DNA of 42,078 bases from Thermoplasmata archaeon (GTDB lineage Archaea; Thermoplasmatota; SW-10-69-26; JACQPN01; JAJPHT01), in assembly GCA_034667685.1 (NCBI GenBank), contig JAXDQU010000068.1:1-42078 (forward strand), written 5' to 3'. How positions within the stretch are numbered: the stretch's first letter is position 1; every line of letters begins with the position of its first letter. Under the pieces are notes generated by a model. That model was not told the origin of the DNA. It worked only from the letters and a program-made list of their open reading frames with translations, and did no database searches. Made by a program: the position numbers and the translations under genes. This document shows positions 17,701-26,845 of this stretch, one piece after another.

Positions 17701-18610
17701 GGCGCGGGACGAGCACGCGCGCCAGCGCGGTGAGCATCACGCTGGGCTCGTGCGAGGATTCCATGGCGCGCTCGCACGCGGCGCGCAGCGCGACGAGATC
17801 CTCGCTGGTCGCGGGGGAGAGGGAGGCGCGCGGGCCGCCGTCGGGACGCAGCGTCCAGCCGAGCATGTCGGCGGCGAGCGTGAGCACGCGGGCGTCCTCC
17901 TGCGAGAAGAGGCGCGCGGCGCGCGAGGCCACCTGGAGCACGCCCACGGGCGAGCCGCCCACGCGCACCGAGACGCCCAGGAGCGACTTGTACGCCTCGC
18001 CGCCCTCCTGCGCGACGGGCGCGGCGCCGCGCAGGGCGTGCGCGAGCGGCGCGGGGGCGGTCCCGCCGGGAGTGATGACGACCGCGCGCGCCACGAGGTC
18101 GCCGCGCGGGCCCAGGACGTAGACGGCCGCGGCGTCGGCGTGGAGCGCGGCGCGCACCTGCTCCAGGGGCTCGCGGAGCGGGTCCTCCAGGGGCGGAGCG
18201 CCCAGGGGGAGCGGGGCGGGAAGCGCGGCCGGCGCCGCGCGCTCGCCGTCGGCGAGCACGGCGTCGCGCCCCACGTAGAGCGTGAGCTGCGCGGAGGCGC
18301 CGTCGCCCTCGCGCACCATGCGCACCGGCACCCGGGCGGGGAGGAGCCCGCCGTCCTTGCGGCGGCGCAGGCCGTCGGTCGTGGCGACGCCGGTGCCGGC
18401 CGCCTCGCGGATGGCGGCCTGCACGCGCTCCACGTCCTCGGCGGGCGAGAGGAGCGTCACCAGCAGGCGGCCGAGCGACTCGTCGCGCGTGTAGCCGAAC
18501 ACCAGCTCCGCGCCGTGGCTCCAGGAGAGCACGCGGCCGCTGAGCGTGAGGCTGAGCAAGGCCTCGGTCGAGCCGCGCGCCAGCGACTCCGCGAAAGAAG
18601 GCGTCGCCAT
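14708..18610 (-). CDS. Soluble PAS/GAF multi-sensor histidine kinase
   Basis: N-terminal PAS, about four GAF-like regions (ADWC motifs), two PAS, H-box AHEIRTPL, N-box NLLQNA, DTGTG, FFTTK, GTGLGL. Confidence 0.95.
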   Translation of the reverse strand: MATPSFAESLARGSTEALLSLTLSGRVLSWSHGAELVFGYTRDESLGRLLVTLLSPAEDVERVQAAIREAAGTGVATTDGLRRRKDGGLLPARVPVRMVREGDGASAQLTLYVGRDAVLADGERAAPAALPAPLPLGAPPLEDPLREPLEQVRAALHADAAAVYVLGPRGDLVARAVVITPGGTAPAPLAHALRGAAPVAQEGGEAYKSLLGVSVRVGGSPVGVLQVASRAARLFSQEDARVLTLAADMLGWTLRPDGGPRASLSPATSEDLVALRAACERAMESSHEPSVMLTALARVLVPRLADWCAVDLVEPGGTLRRVASTHRERAREPQIQAGGATAPLSTHDAVRGARLVARLAGDPDLPRTPEEARALETVGGASWLVVPIAGRVRVLGAISVGQVAPERAFREPEVAWLRDLARRAALEIENLRLHDLVQRSRDQASRSGARAKLLQDVAASLSEALTPLEITESVVTRAREGLRASGGALATLADDRIGFEIAGTVGAADALYNAFRRFPVHARVPLADAGRSKEIVAVESIPAGVARYPHLASPAHEKLGSLVAVPLVVDGRTVGALGFVFEERRAFDADDLSFLRALARQCGDAVERSRLLNAERSARASADNEARRAAFLADASRILAASFDYANTLAQMGRMLVPVFADWCMVHLLESDARISSVASVHADTTKAGLVDEIRWGYKLTPQAETGIARVIRTGRPEIHFEVPDALLDRMALDARHAELMRKVGVVSQMIVPMTARGRVLGAITFRQSGLRRFGVNDVPLAEELALRAAIAVDNARLFHEAQDAIRRREEPLALLTTLLASAPIGIAFFDGEMRVARINEALVAAGAPVRAEGLELDEALPFLPAETRARFRAVLAGDEPVVDLEVEEHAHGRARHWLVSCYPVEARPGERMGVGLLLMDITERKRAEQALRESEERARLLIDGVKDHAIIGLDAEGRIASWNEAARRIHGYEAIDVLGEHFRILHPREEGPEVADQELGTALEAGRSEIEGWRVRKDGSRFYASVLLAPLRDETGRLVGFSKLTRDMTETRRAREDLERARQQVVRAEKLSTMGTLVSGVAHEIRTPLTAIANSLYMVKLRLDKAKAPEDLKAEALRGHMDMALESIDRINRLVQDLRRFTKVPLVGVRERVGLENVAGEALSLFRAAYRGRIDVVQTLASTPPCEVDRAQIQQLVLNLLQNASEAMPHGGVVRLITGAQGDAAYLKVIDTGTGMPPEVAKRMFEEFFTTKAEGTGLGLSIVRRIVEAHNGRIECDTVLGKGTTFTVSFPVVRSQPAA

Positions 18611-18674
18611 GCTCCCCTGCCCCACGCCGTCTGGCACTACATAAGGCGAGCGCCTATGCAACGGATCGCTTCCG

Positions 18675-18746
18675 AGGGCTCAGGGCTCTGGACTCGGGGC
18701 TCAAGGCTCCGGAGCCCCGAGTCCTGAGTCCAGAGCCCTCAGCCCT
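18675..18746. repeat. Heptamer (AGGGCTC-like) tandem inverted repeat
   Basis: agggctc agggctc tggactc ggggctc aaggctc, then gagcccc gagtcct gagtcca gagccct cagccct. Confidence 0.85.
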
Positions 18747-19395
18747 TCGTCGTCAGCATCTCAACATGGGCAGCGAGCGCCCCGAGGACCGCGCCCATCG
18801 CCGTGGCGGTCTCCAGCCCGACGTTGCGCCCGGTCACGTCCCATTCCCACGCGGCCATCTCGCGCACGTCGGCGGGGGTGCCCTGGGGGCCGAGGCCGAA
18901 GACGAGGAGCTGGCTCTTGCCGTCCACGAGGTCGCGCGCGAGGGCGCGGGCGCTGGTGTCCTTCGGGCGCTTCGCGTGCTCGGTGGTGAGCACCACGGCG
19001 CCAAGCTGCGGCGGGAAGCCCTTCTTCGGGTAGTCGAAGACGTGGAAGCGCCCCGCGCGGGCCAGCGCGACGAACGAGTCGGGGCTCTCGTCCGACGCGC
19101 CCTTGGCGCCCGCGACGCTCGTGGTGGCGGCGACGTACTCCGCGATCTCCAGGGGCGTGCGAAGCTCGACGGCCTCCCCCTCCTGCCCGCGCCGCGCCTC
19201 CGCGCCCCGGCCCCGGTTCTCCGCCGTGCGCCCGCCGCTGGCCGCGAGGTCGGCGTACGGGAAGCCGAACGTCACGAGGTTGGCGTCGAACGCCATCGCA
19301 AGCGCGGCGGCGCGGACGAGCGCGCGGCGGTGGGCCTCCAGGAACCGGCGCGGGTCGTAGCTGTTGTACAGGCCGAGCGTCAGGCGGCCGGGCAT
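18739..19395 (-). CDS. DUF531 family protein (SPOUT-like)
   Basis: LTLGLYNSYD...AHRRA, GFPPQLG, FGLGPQG, DVTG...LETATAMG. Confidence 0.88.
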   Translation of the reverse strand: MPGRLTLGLYNSYDPRRFLEAHRRALVRAAALAMAFDANLVTFGFPYADLAASGGRTAENRGRGAEARRGQEGEAVELRTPLEIAEYVAATTSVAGAKGASDESPDSFVALARAGRFHVFDYPKKGFPPQLGAVVLTTEHAKRPKDTSARALARDLVDGKSQLLVFGLGPQGTPADVREMAAWEWDVTGRNVGLETATAMGAVLGALAAHVEMLTTKG

Positions 19396-19491
19396 CGCGG
19401 CGCATGACCTCCCACCCGCCTTGAGACTATGGGGCGCCCAGCGGCATAGGCCCAAACCTTAACCCGTCCCTCCGCGCGTCCCGGCCCCGAC

Positions 19492-20559
19492 ATGCTCGAC
19501 ATCCCCGAGGAGAAAGTGCGCGAGTCCGATCCGGGCGACATGATGGGGCACGTGATGGGCTACCCGCAGCAGCTCGAGGCCGCGCTCGCGGCGCGCTTCG
19601 AGGGAAGCCTGCCGCGCCAGCCCACGCGCGTCCTCGTGGTGGGCATGGGCGGGAGCGCGATCGGGGGTGACTACCTCGCCGCCTGGGCCGACGCGGAGGG
19701 CAAGCTCCCCGTGCTGGTCTCGCGCGCCTACGAGCTTCCGCACTGGGTCGACGCGGACACGCTCGTCCTCGCGGTCTCGTACAGCGGCAAGACGGAGGAG
19801 ACGCTCGCGTCGTTCGCCGAGGCGAAGAAGCGTGGCGCGATGCTCGCCGCCGTCTCCACCGGCGCGCGGCTGGAGGAGCTGGCGAAAAGCTATCACGCGC
19901 CCTTCGCGCGCATCCCGGGCGCGCCGATGATGCCGCGCGCCGCGCTCGCCGCGAACTTCGGCACCGGCGCCGCGCTGCTCGACCACCTGGGCGTCCTCAA
20001 GACGCGCGACGCGCTGGCCCGCACGGCGCGGACGCTGCGCGAGGCCGTCGTCGAGGTGGCGCCCGACGTGCCCGCGGGGAAGAACGAGGCGAAGCGCATC
20101 GCGCTGGCGCTCCAGGACACCGTCGCGGCCGTCTACGCTGCGGGCGCCCTGGCCCCGGCCGCGCGGCGCTTCGCCAACCAGCTCAACGAGAACGGCAAGG
20201 TCCTCTCGTGGTGGGGCGTGATGCCCGAGATGAACCACAACGAGCTCGTCGGGTGGGACGGCGACGACGACCTCGACCGCTTCACGGCCGTCTTCCTGCG
20301 CCACGCGGGGGAGCACGAGCAGGCCAAGAAGCGCTACGAGTTCACCGCGCGCCTGATCCAGGAGCGGGGCGGCCGCGTCGTGCAGATCGACTCGCGCGGC
20401 GACACGCTGCCCGAGCGCCTGCTCACCAGCAGCCTCGTGGGCGACGCCGTGTCGGTGTACCTCGCGGCGCTGCGCGGGGCCGACCCCACGCCGGTCGACG
20501 TCATCACGACGCTCAAGAGCCGGGTGGGCGAGACGGGCTTCGCTTCCAACATCCGGTAG
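19492..20559 (+). CDS. Bifunctional phosphoglucose/phosphomannose isomerase
   Basis: GMGGSAIGGD, SYSGKTEET, QLNENGK, PEMNHNE. Confidence 0.95.
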   Translation: MLDIPEEKVRESDPGDMMGHVMGYPQQLEAALAARFEGSLPRQPTRVLVVGMGGSAIGGDYLAAWADAEGKLPVLVSRAYELPHWVDADTLVLAVSYSGKTEETLASFAEAKKRGAMLAAVSTGARLEELAKSYHAPFARIPGAPMMPRAALAANFGTGAALLDHLGVLKTRDALARTARTLREAVVEVAPDVPAGKNEAKRIALALQDTVAAVYAAGALAPAARRFANQLNENGKVLSWWGVMPEMNHNELVGWDGDDDLDRFTAVFLRHAGEHEQAKKRYEFTARLIQERGGRVVQIDSRGDTLPERLLTSSLVGDAVSVYLAALRGADPTPVDVITTLKSRVGETGFASNIR

Positions 20560-20595
20560 GCAAGGCTCAAGACCCCACGGCGGTCCTCGCCGCGC

Positions 20596-21177
20596 ATGCG
20601 CGTCGCCCTCATGCTCCTGGTCGTCCTCGCGCTCATGGCGGGTTGCGCCAGCGCGCCCACGAGCACCGTGAAGCCCGCCGCCGTCACGCCGACCCTCGCG
20701 GCGGCGCCCAACGCGACGGAGAACGCGACCGCGGTCGTGGCGATGGCGCCGCCCGTGACGGTGCAGTACGATGGCGCCTCGCCCACGGGCGCCTGCGGCT
20801 ACGGCACCTCGACGCCGGCCGACACGTGCCAGTTCTCCGACGGCGGCAAGGAGGGCTTCCACGTCGTCGCCTACAAGGGGCAGGCCAGGAGCATCGAGCT
20901 GAGCATCGCCTACGGCGCCGTGCAGCCGGGCTCCACCTTCTACGCGAGCATCTGCACGAGCAAGGACGCGGACCCGAACCACGCGACGTGCAACGACTAC
21001 CAGACCGGCGCGTCGCCCTTCGTGCTGAAGAAGGACCTGAGCAGCCTGCCGCCGGGCGCCGCCGTCGCCATCAGCGCGGGAAGCGTCGCGATCCCGCCCA
21101 CGCCCGCCGGCGCGATGCTCTTCACGCCCGACGACTTCCACGTCAAGGGCGCGCTGACCCTCGTGCCCGCCGGCTGA
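20596..21177 (+). CDS. Hypothetical lipoprotein
   Basis: Signal ending LMAGC; two further Cys pairs. Confidence 0.75.
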   Translation: MRVALMLLVVLALMAGCASAPTSTVKPAAVTPTLAAAPNATENATAVVAMAPPVTVQYDGASPTGACGYGTSTPADTCQFSDGGKEGFHVVAYKGQARSIELSIAYGAVQPGSTFYASICTSKDADPNHATCNDYQTGASPFVLKKDLSSLPPGAAVAISAGSVAIPPTPAGAMLFTPDDFHVKGALTLVPAG

Positions 21178-21325
21178 AGCAGCGATCCGGCCACGGGAAA
21201 CGGGATGGGGATCGGGGGTGACCCCGCGGCCGTAGTGGGCGCCGTGCGCCTGGTAGTTGATATCAGTTTCGGGATTTGTCGGGACGGGCAGGCGACGGCC
21301 AGCGGCCAGACGTTCACCGGAACCT

Positions 21326-21877
21326 CTAGAGCATCACGGACGCGACGAGGTGCGCGACGCGAAGCGGCTCCGGCACGAGGCTCCCGGCCGTCGTGCGCGC
21401 GAGGATCTCGACCGCCTGCTGCGGGTCGACGTCGCCGGCCCACGAGATTGTGATGGGCGAGGTCGCCGTGGGCAGCGTCGCGGTGCGGCGCCGCTCGATG
21501 AGCCGCCACTTCGCCTCGGCGTCGGGCACGTGGCGCAGCGCCTTCTCGATCGACGCGTAGTCGGGCACGCCCTTGGTGAACGCGATGCACGGGATGCGCG
21601 TCTCGGCCGCGAGCCCTTCGAGGTCCACGACGTTGAAGCCGGCGAACGACGCGCCGTCCAGCAGCAGCGCCTTCGTGCCGCGCAAGCCCGAGGCGAGCAC
21701 GCATTGCGCCACGCGCGCGGTCGCGTCGCCCCCGTCGCGCATCACGTCCGTGGCGAGGATTCCTTCGACGCGCGTCGCGCCGCGCATGTGCACGCCCACG
21801 ACGGGCACGCGGCCGTCCGCGCGCGTGTGCGGGCTGTCGTCAAAGCCGATGGTCCTGATCTCAGACTTCATCGTCAT
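21326..21877 (-). CDS. DUF99 family (endonuclease dU-like) protein
   Basis: IGFDD, DGGDAT, LLDGASFAGFNVVD, VPEPLRVAHL. Confidence 0.92.
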   Translation of the reverse strand: MTMKSEIRTIGFDDSPHTRADGRVPVVGVHMRGATRVEGILATDVMRDGGDATARVAQCVLASGLRGTKALLLDGASFAGFNVVDLEGLAAETRIPCIAFTKGVPDYASIEKALRHVPDAEAKWRLIERRRTATLPTATSPITISWAGDVDPQQAVEILARTTAGSLVPEPLRVAHLVASVML

Positions 21878-21885
21878 GCCCGACC

Positions 21886-21955
21886 TCAACACGAAGGCGC
21901 GAAGCCACGAAGAGCACGAAGTCCTGCTCGCTTCGTGCCTTCGCGGCTTCGTGTT
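21886..21955. repeat. CACGAAG-unit inverted repeat (copy 2)
   Basis: tcaacacgaag...gccacgaagagcacgaagtc...cttcgtg...cttcgtgtt. Confidence 0.9.
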
Positions 21956-21972
21956 CCAGCGGCCTTGAGGAG

Positions 21973-22338
21973 ATGCGCGCGGAAAAGCCCAAGCCCTCGA
22001 TGGATGGTGAGCGCGGCGTGGAGCCCGAGCTGGACGAGGGCGCGCTCGCGATCCTGAAGGAGCAGATGGGCGAGGAGTTCCCCGAGCTGCTCCAGATCTT
22101 CCGCGGGGAGTCCGCGGCCCACCTCGACGCGCTCGCCGCCGCCATCGAGATGGGCGCGTGGAAGGACGCGCGCCGCGCCGCGCACTCGCTGAAGTCGAGC
22201 GCCGCCCTCTTCGGCCTCGCGCGCCTCGCCGCCACGATGCGCGAGATCGAGGCGCTGCCCGAAGCCGACGCCGGATGGCGCGCGCGGCTCGGCCAGGCGC
22301 GGACGCTCCACGCCGCGGGGCTCGCGCGCCTCACGTGA
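21973..22338 (+). CDS. Stand-alone Hpt (histidine phosphotransfer) protein
   Basis: AHSLKSSAALFG; start could be 22000. Confidence 0.88.
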   Translation: MRAEKPKPSMDGERGVEPELDEGALAILKEQMGEEFPELLQIFRGESAAHLDALAAAIEMGAWKDARRAAHSLKSSAALFGLARLAATMREIEALPEADAGWRARLGQARTLHAAGLARLT

Positions 22339-22824
22339 GCGGCGATTCCTCGATCCGGATCGGCGCCTCGTAGCGCTGCGCCTCCAGGACGGGCGGAAGC
22401 CGGAGAAGCCGGTACGTGACGCACGTCGGCTCGTGCGCCTCCGCGCGGAACGAGTACGCGAGCGGGTCCGCGGGAAGCTCCCAGCGCAGCGGCAACGAGA
22501 GCGCGCACGAGGCCCCGCCGCGCGTCGTCGCGTACTCGACGTTCCCGGCGATGCTCACGTTCGCGCGCGGGTCGCTCGCGCCGCGGAATGCGCTGTCCTC
22601 GAAGCGGGCCGTGACCAGGCTCGCGGCCGCGGGCTCGATCAGGAGCCACGTGCGGCTTTCCACGAGCGCCGCGCCGGGATCCGCCTCCCACCCGCCCCAC
22701 GTCCCGGTGGTCGCGTTCGTGGGGATCCCCTGCACGCTCGCCGCGAGGAGAGCCCCGCCATCCCCTCGCGTCGGGCAGCCGGACAACGGCCAGCCAAGGC
22801 CAAAAGAAGGAGCGCGCGGAGCAC
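22331..22824 (-). pseudogene. Probable frameshifted lipoprotein gene
   Basis: Hydrophobic MLRALLLLALAG in one frame; lipobox LSGC and the mature region in the adjacent frame. Confidence 0.45.
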
Positions 22825-22904
22825 GGCTCGACGATGCGCCCCGGGACCTCATTCGTTTCGCTCGACATCCGTGGAGAGACGCGCGCATTCCAGTGATCGT
22901 TCGG

Positions 22905-24329
22905 TTACCGCGTGACCTTGAACGATTCGACCTCGGCCTTGAGCTTCCGCGCGTGCTCGTCCTTCTCGAAGTGGTCGCGCACGGGCTGCAAGATATCGTT
23001 CAAATATTTCGCCGCGGTCTTCTTGAGGTCGGCGGGATGGATCTTGCCTTCGGCGTAGTCGGCCGCGAGCGCATGATAGCTTTCGTACGTCGCGTTGCCG
23101 CCGAACTTCTCGGGGCGCTCGATCGTGACCGGGCTCTCGCCCGCGCGGCCCGTGCGGTGGTTCGCCCAGTGGCGCTGGAAGATCACGTAGCGGTAGTATT
23201 CGAGCACCGGATTCTCTTCGGTGATCTTCTCGGGGCAGTACGCCTTGTTGAGCTTCTTCGTGACCTGCTCCGCGGTGTCGGTCATGAAGATCGCGGAGTC
23301 GGGGTTCGACTTGCTCATCTTCATCGCGGTGGCTCGTAGTTGGGTCTCAAGTTCCGCTTGATCCTTGAGCCGCCGCACGACATCGTCAAGGGCCTGATGG
23401 AGTAGCGCATATTCAGGCAAGTTCGGTTGCTCACCAGACATTCCTGGCTGGGTACGCAATTCTCTTGTGATGCCTTCGATATCGGCCTTCGCCATTCTCG
23501 CTGCATCCAAGGCCAGCGCGAGCGATGGTTGAGCCGAGACATGATCATGGATTGCGCTCATCCGAGCACGGACTTCGGGCGTCAGCAACTGTGTTCCGGC
23601 AACGCTGCGCACAACACCTGGTCCGGCGATAGGAAGTAGGGAATCCAACATTGCCTGTCTGGAGTCTGAGAGCGGCGGCGGCTGCACAAGTCCCATCATC
23701 ATGTGATGCGACACCACGACCGGCTTCCAGAAGCCGAGCTTGGGGCCGACCTCGCGCGCGAGCATGTTGACCTTGCGCTGGTCCATGCCGAGCTGGGTGA
23801 TGTCAGCGCCCAGCTCGAAGATGTCGGCGCACTGCATGCACGGGTAGAGGATCTGCGCGGCGCTGAGCTTGTCCTTCTCGCTGCGGCCCATGATCTGCGT
23901 GGTGCGCAGGATGCGGTCGAGCGAGGAGTCGCGCGCGATGTTCATGACCTTCTTCCAGTAGGTCTCGCGCGGGATGAACTCGGAGGCCCAGACGAACTCG
24001 ACGTGGTCGAGGTCCATGCCGGTGGCCTTCCACGTCTCGACGATGGCCTTGCCCGTCGTCTGGATCTTGGCGAGGTCGCCGCCCATCTTGTTGTTGGCCC
24101 AGGCGTGCCAGTCCGCGACGAACATCTTGAACCGGACGCCGGCCTTCGTCATCTTGTTGACGTTGATCGCGCGGAGCACGCCCTGCGCGAGGTGGATGGA
24201 GCCGCTGGGCTCGAAGCCGTCGTAGGCGATGGGGTGCGCCTTCTCCGCGAGCAGCGCGCGCAGCTCCTCCTCGGTCACGATCTCCTCGCCGACCTCGCGG
24301 ACGAGCGCCAGGCGCTCCTCGACGTTCAT
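22905..24329 (-). CDS. tyrS: Tyrosine--tRNA ligase (archaeal/eukaryotic type) with in-frame insertion
   Basis: YDGFEPSGSIHLAQG, YPCMQCAD, GMDQRK, KMSKS, KAYCP, IHPADLK. Confidence 0.96.
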   Translation of the reverse strand: MNVEERLALVREVGEEIVTEEELRALLAEKAHPIAYDGFEPSGSIHLAQGVLRAINVNKMTKAGVRFKMFVADWHAWANNKMGGDLAKIQTTGKAIVETWKATGMDLDHVEFVWASEFIPRETYWKKVMNIARDSSLDRILRTTQIMGRSEKDKLSAAQILYPCMQCADIFELGADITQLGMDQRKVNMLAREVGPKLGFWKPVVVSHHMMMGLVQPPPLSDSRQAMLDSLLPIAGPGVVRSVAGTQLLTPEVRARMSAIHDHVSAQPSLALALDAARMAKADIEGITRELRTQPGMSGEQPNLPEYALLHQALDDVVRRLKDQAELETQLRATAMKMSKSNPDSAIFMTDTAEQVTKKLNKAYCPEKITEENPVLEYYRYVIFQRHWANHRTGRAGESPVTIERPEKFGGNATYESYHALAADYAEGKIHPADLKKTAAKYLNDILQPVRDHFEKDEHARKLKAEVESFKVTR

Positions 24330-24364
24330 CGGCGCGCAACGCGGGGCCGCGCTCAAAAGCGTAT

Positions 24365-24607
24365 CTACAGGGGGCCGGTCCTCTCGACGCCGAAGGCGAT
24401 CTTCAGGTCGACGCGCCACTCGGTGGGCTGGCCGTCCTCGCAGCGGACGCTGAAGTTGGAGACGTGCGCGCCGCTGATGCCGTGGATGCTCCCGCGGGCG
24501 TCCTCCAGCGCGTTGCGGACCGCGTCGTCGAAGCCGATGCGGCTGGAGCCGACGAGCTCGATGACCTTCGCGGTGCGGTGCTCGCCGTTCCCGAGCCCGA
24601 TTCCCAT
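24365..24607 (-). CDS. Dodecin family protein
   Basis: KVIELVGSS...FDDAVRNAL...WRVDLKIAF; start uncertain. Confidence 0.85.
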   Translation of the reverse strand: MGIGLGNGEHRTAKVIELVGSSRIGFDDAVRNALEDARGSIHGISGAHVSNFSVRCEDGQPTEWRVDLKIAFGVERTGPL

Positions 24608-24632
24608 TCCTCTTCCGATTCCGGAATCGGGG
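24584..24632. repeat. Hexamer-periodic GGGAWH-like repeat
   Basis: ccgttc ccgagc ccgatt cccatt cctctt ccgatt ccggaatcggg; similar reverse-oriented tract at 21195-21218. Confidence 0.55.
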
Positions 24633-24633
24633 C

Positions 24634-25467
<834 letters not shown>

Positions 25468-25511
25468 CGGGTCCCCTGAGGCGCTCCTCGGGGATGGCTT
25501 GCGCGCCCGTG

Positions 25512-25648
25512 GCAACCCGTCGCGGCAACAACCAAGGCCTCGTTGCCGCAACGCGCGCGTGCTTTCGTTGCGCGCCGCGCGGACGGCGGCCCCGGCCTCG
25601 TTGCAGGCCCTCCCCTGGCGCCCCCCGCAACGCACGGATAGCCGTTGC
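25512..25648. promoter_or_regulatory. Cluster of GCAAC/GTTGC half-sites (candidate operators)
   Basis: GCAAC at 25512, 25525, 25548, 25627; GTTGC at 25542, 25567, 25600, 25644. Confidence 0.45.
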
Positions 25649-25717
25649 GTTTCGCGCGCGTCGATTTCGGGACCCTCTGCATCATACGGCCAAGCCGCCC
25701 GTGGTCGTCTCAGCAGC

Positions 25718-25969
25718 ATGCACGACCTCCTCGAAGCCCACTGCCCCGCCTGCGGATTCGTCCTTCGCGGCGTCACCGACGATGGCCGCCTCCACACCTG
25801 CGGCTTGTGCGGCCTCCCCTTGGCGATGCGCGCGAACTACAGCATCTCGCGCCGCCTCCCCGTCGGGATGGGCCTCCTCATGGGCGCTTTCGCCGCGAGC
25901 CACGACGCCTCGCCCCTGCTGGCGCAGCAGTCCGGGATGATCCCGGGCTTCGCGAAGCGGTGGCAATAG
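25718..25969 (+). CDS. Small CPxCG-type zinc-finger protein
   Basis: HCPACG...TCGLCG. Confidence 0.6.
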   Translation: MHDLLEAHCPACGFVLRGVTDDGRLHTCGLCGLPLAMRANYSISRRLPVGMGLLMGAFAASHDASPLLAQQSGMIPGFAKRWQ

Positions 25970-26035
25970 CTGGGCCGCGACGCGCGTCATGCGCGGGAGA
26001 CAACCCTCAAGGGGAGCGGCCGGCGTCGAAGCCAC

Positions 26036-26839
26036 GTGCGGAGCCTGGCCCTCGCCTTCGTCCTTGCCCTCGCCCTGTCCGGCTGCGCCGCTCCCGCCGC
26101 GCCGCGGAGCAAGTACCCCGCGAGCATGGCGGCGCTCGGCGACTCCATCACGGTCGGCGTCAACGTGGCGCGCGACAAGGTGGGCGAGAACCCGGGCGAC
26201 TCGTGGAGCGTGGGCGACGCGGCGGACGACGGCGTCACGAGCCACTACGAGCGCCTCGTCGCGCTCGATCCCGCGATCCAGGGGCACGCCGCCGACTTCG
26301 CGCAGAGCGGCGCGAGGATGCGCGACTTCGCGCGCCAGGCGCAGGAGGCCGTCGCGATGAAGGCCGAATACGTGACCGTGATGCTCGGCGCGAACGACGT
26401 GTGCGGTCGCGGCAACATGACGCCCGTCGAGACGTTCCGCCAGCAGTTCCGCGACGGCGCCGCCGCGCTCAAGGGGCTGTCGGCGGGCGCACGCGTCCTC
26501 GTCGTGAGCGTCCCGAACCTCACCGCGCTCTGGGATCGCTATCACGCGAACCGCCAGGTCCACGACGTCTGGCAGGCGTTCGGCATCTGCCCGCCCGTGC
26601 TCTCGGACGCCGTGAACGCGACGCAGCGCGAGGCCGTGCGCGAGCGCGTGGACGCCTTCAACGCGGTGCTGGCGGAGGAGTCGGCCGCGGCCGGCTGGCT
26701 CTACGACGGGGGCGCGGTGCACGACGCGCGCATCCAGGACGAGGACGTCGGGCCCGTCGACGACTTCCATCCGTCGATCGCGGGGCAGCAGGCCATCGCG
26801 GACGTCACGTGGCAGGTCTTTTCCGCGAGCCTGCGTTGA
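26036..26839 (+). CDS. SGNH/GDSL hydrolase lipoprotein
   Basis: LSGC; GDSIT, SGA, GAND, DDFHP. Confidence 0.93.
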   Translation: MRSLALAFVLALALSGCAAPAAPRSKYPASMAALGDSITVGVNVARDKVGENPGDSWSVGDAADDGVTSHYERLVALDPAIQGHAADFAQSGARMRDFARQAQEAVAMKAEYVTVMLGANDVCGRGNMTPVETFRQQFRDGAAALKGLSAGARVLVVSVPNLTALWDRYHANRQVHDVWQAFGICPPVLSDAVNATQREAVRERVDAFNAVLAEESAAAGWLYDGGAVHDARIQDEDVGPVDDFHPSIAGQQAIADVTWQVFSASLR

Positions 26840-26845
26840 CGTCGC

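Noticed and set aside
14669-18727. Long antisense and off-frame ORFs (e.g. 14669..18727+, 2860..5181+, 12532..14697+, 29212..31272+)
   Set aside because: Shadows of real genes in GC-rich DNA, with R/G/A-biased translations and no motifs
23331-23672. Intein in TyrRS
   Set aside because: No intein terminal residues or LAGLIDADG-like motifs visible
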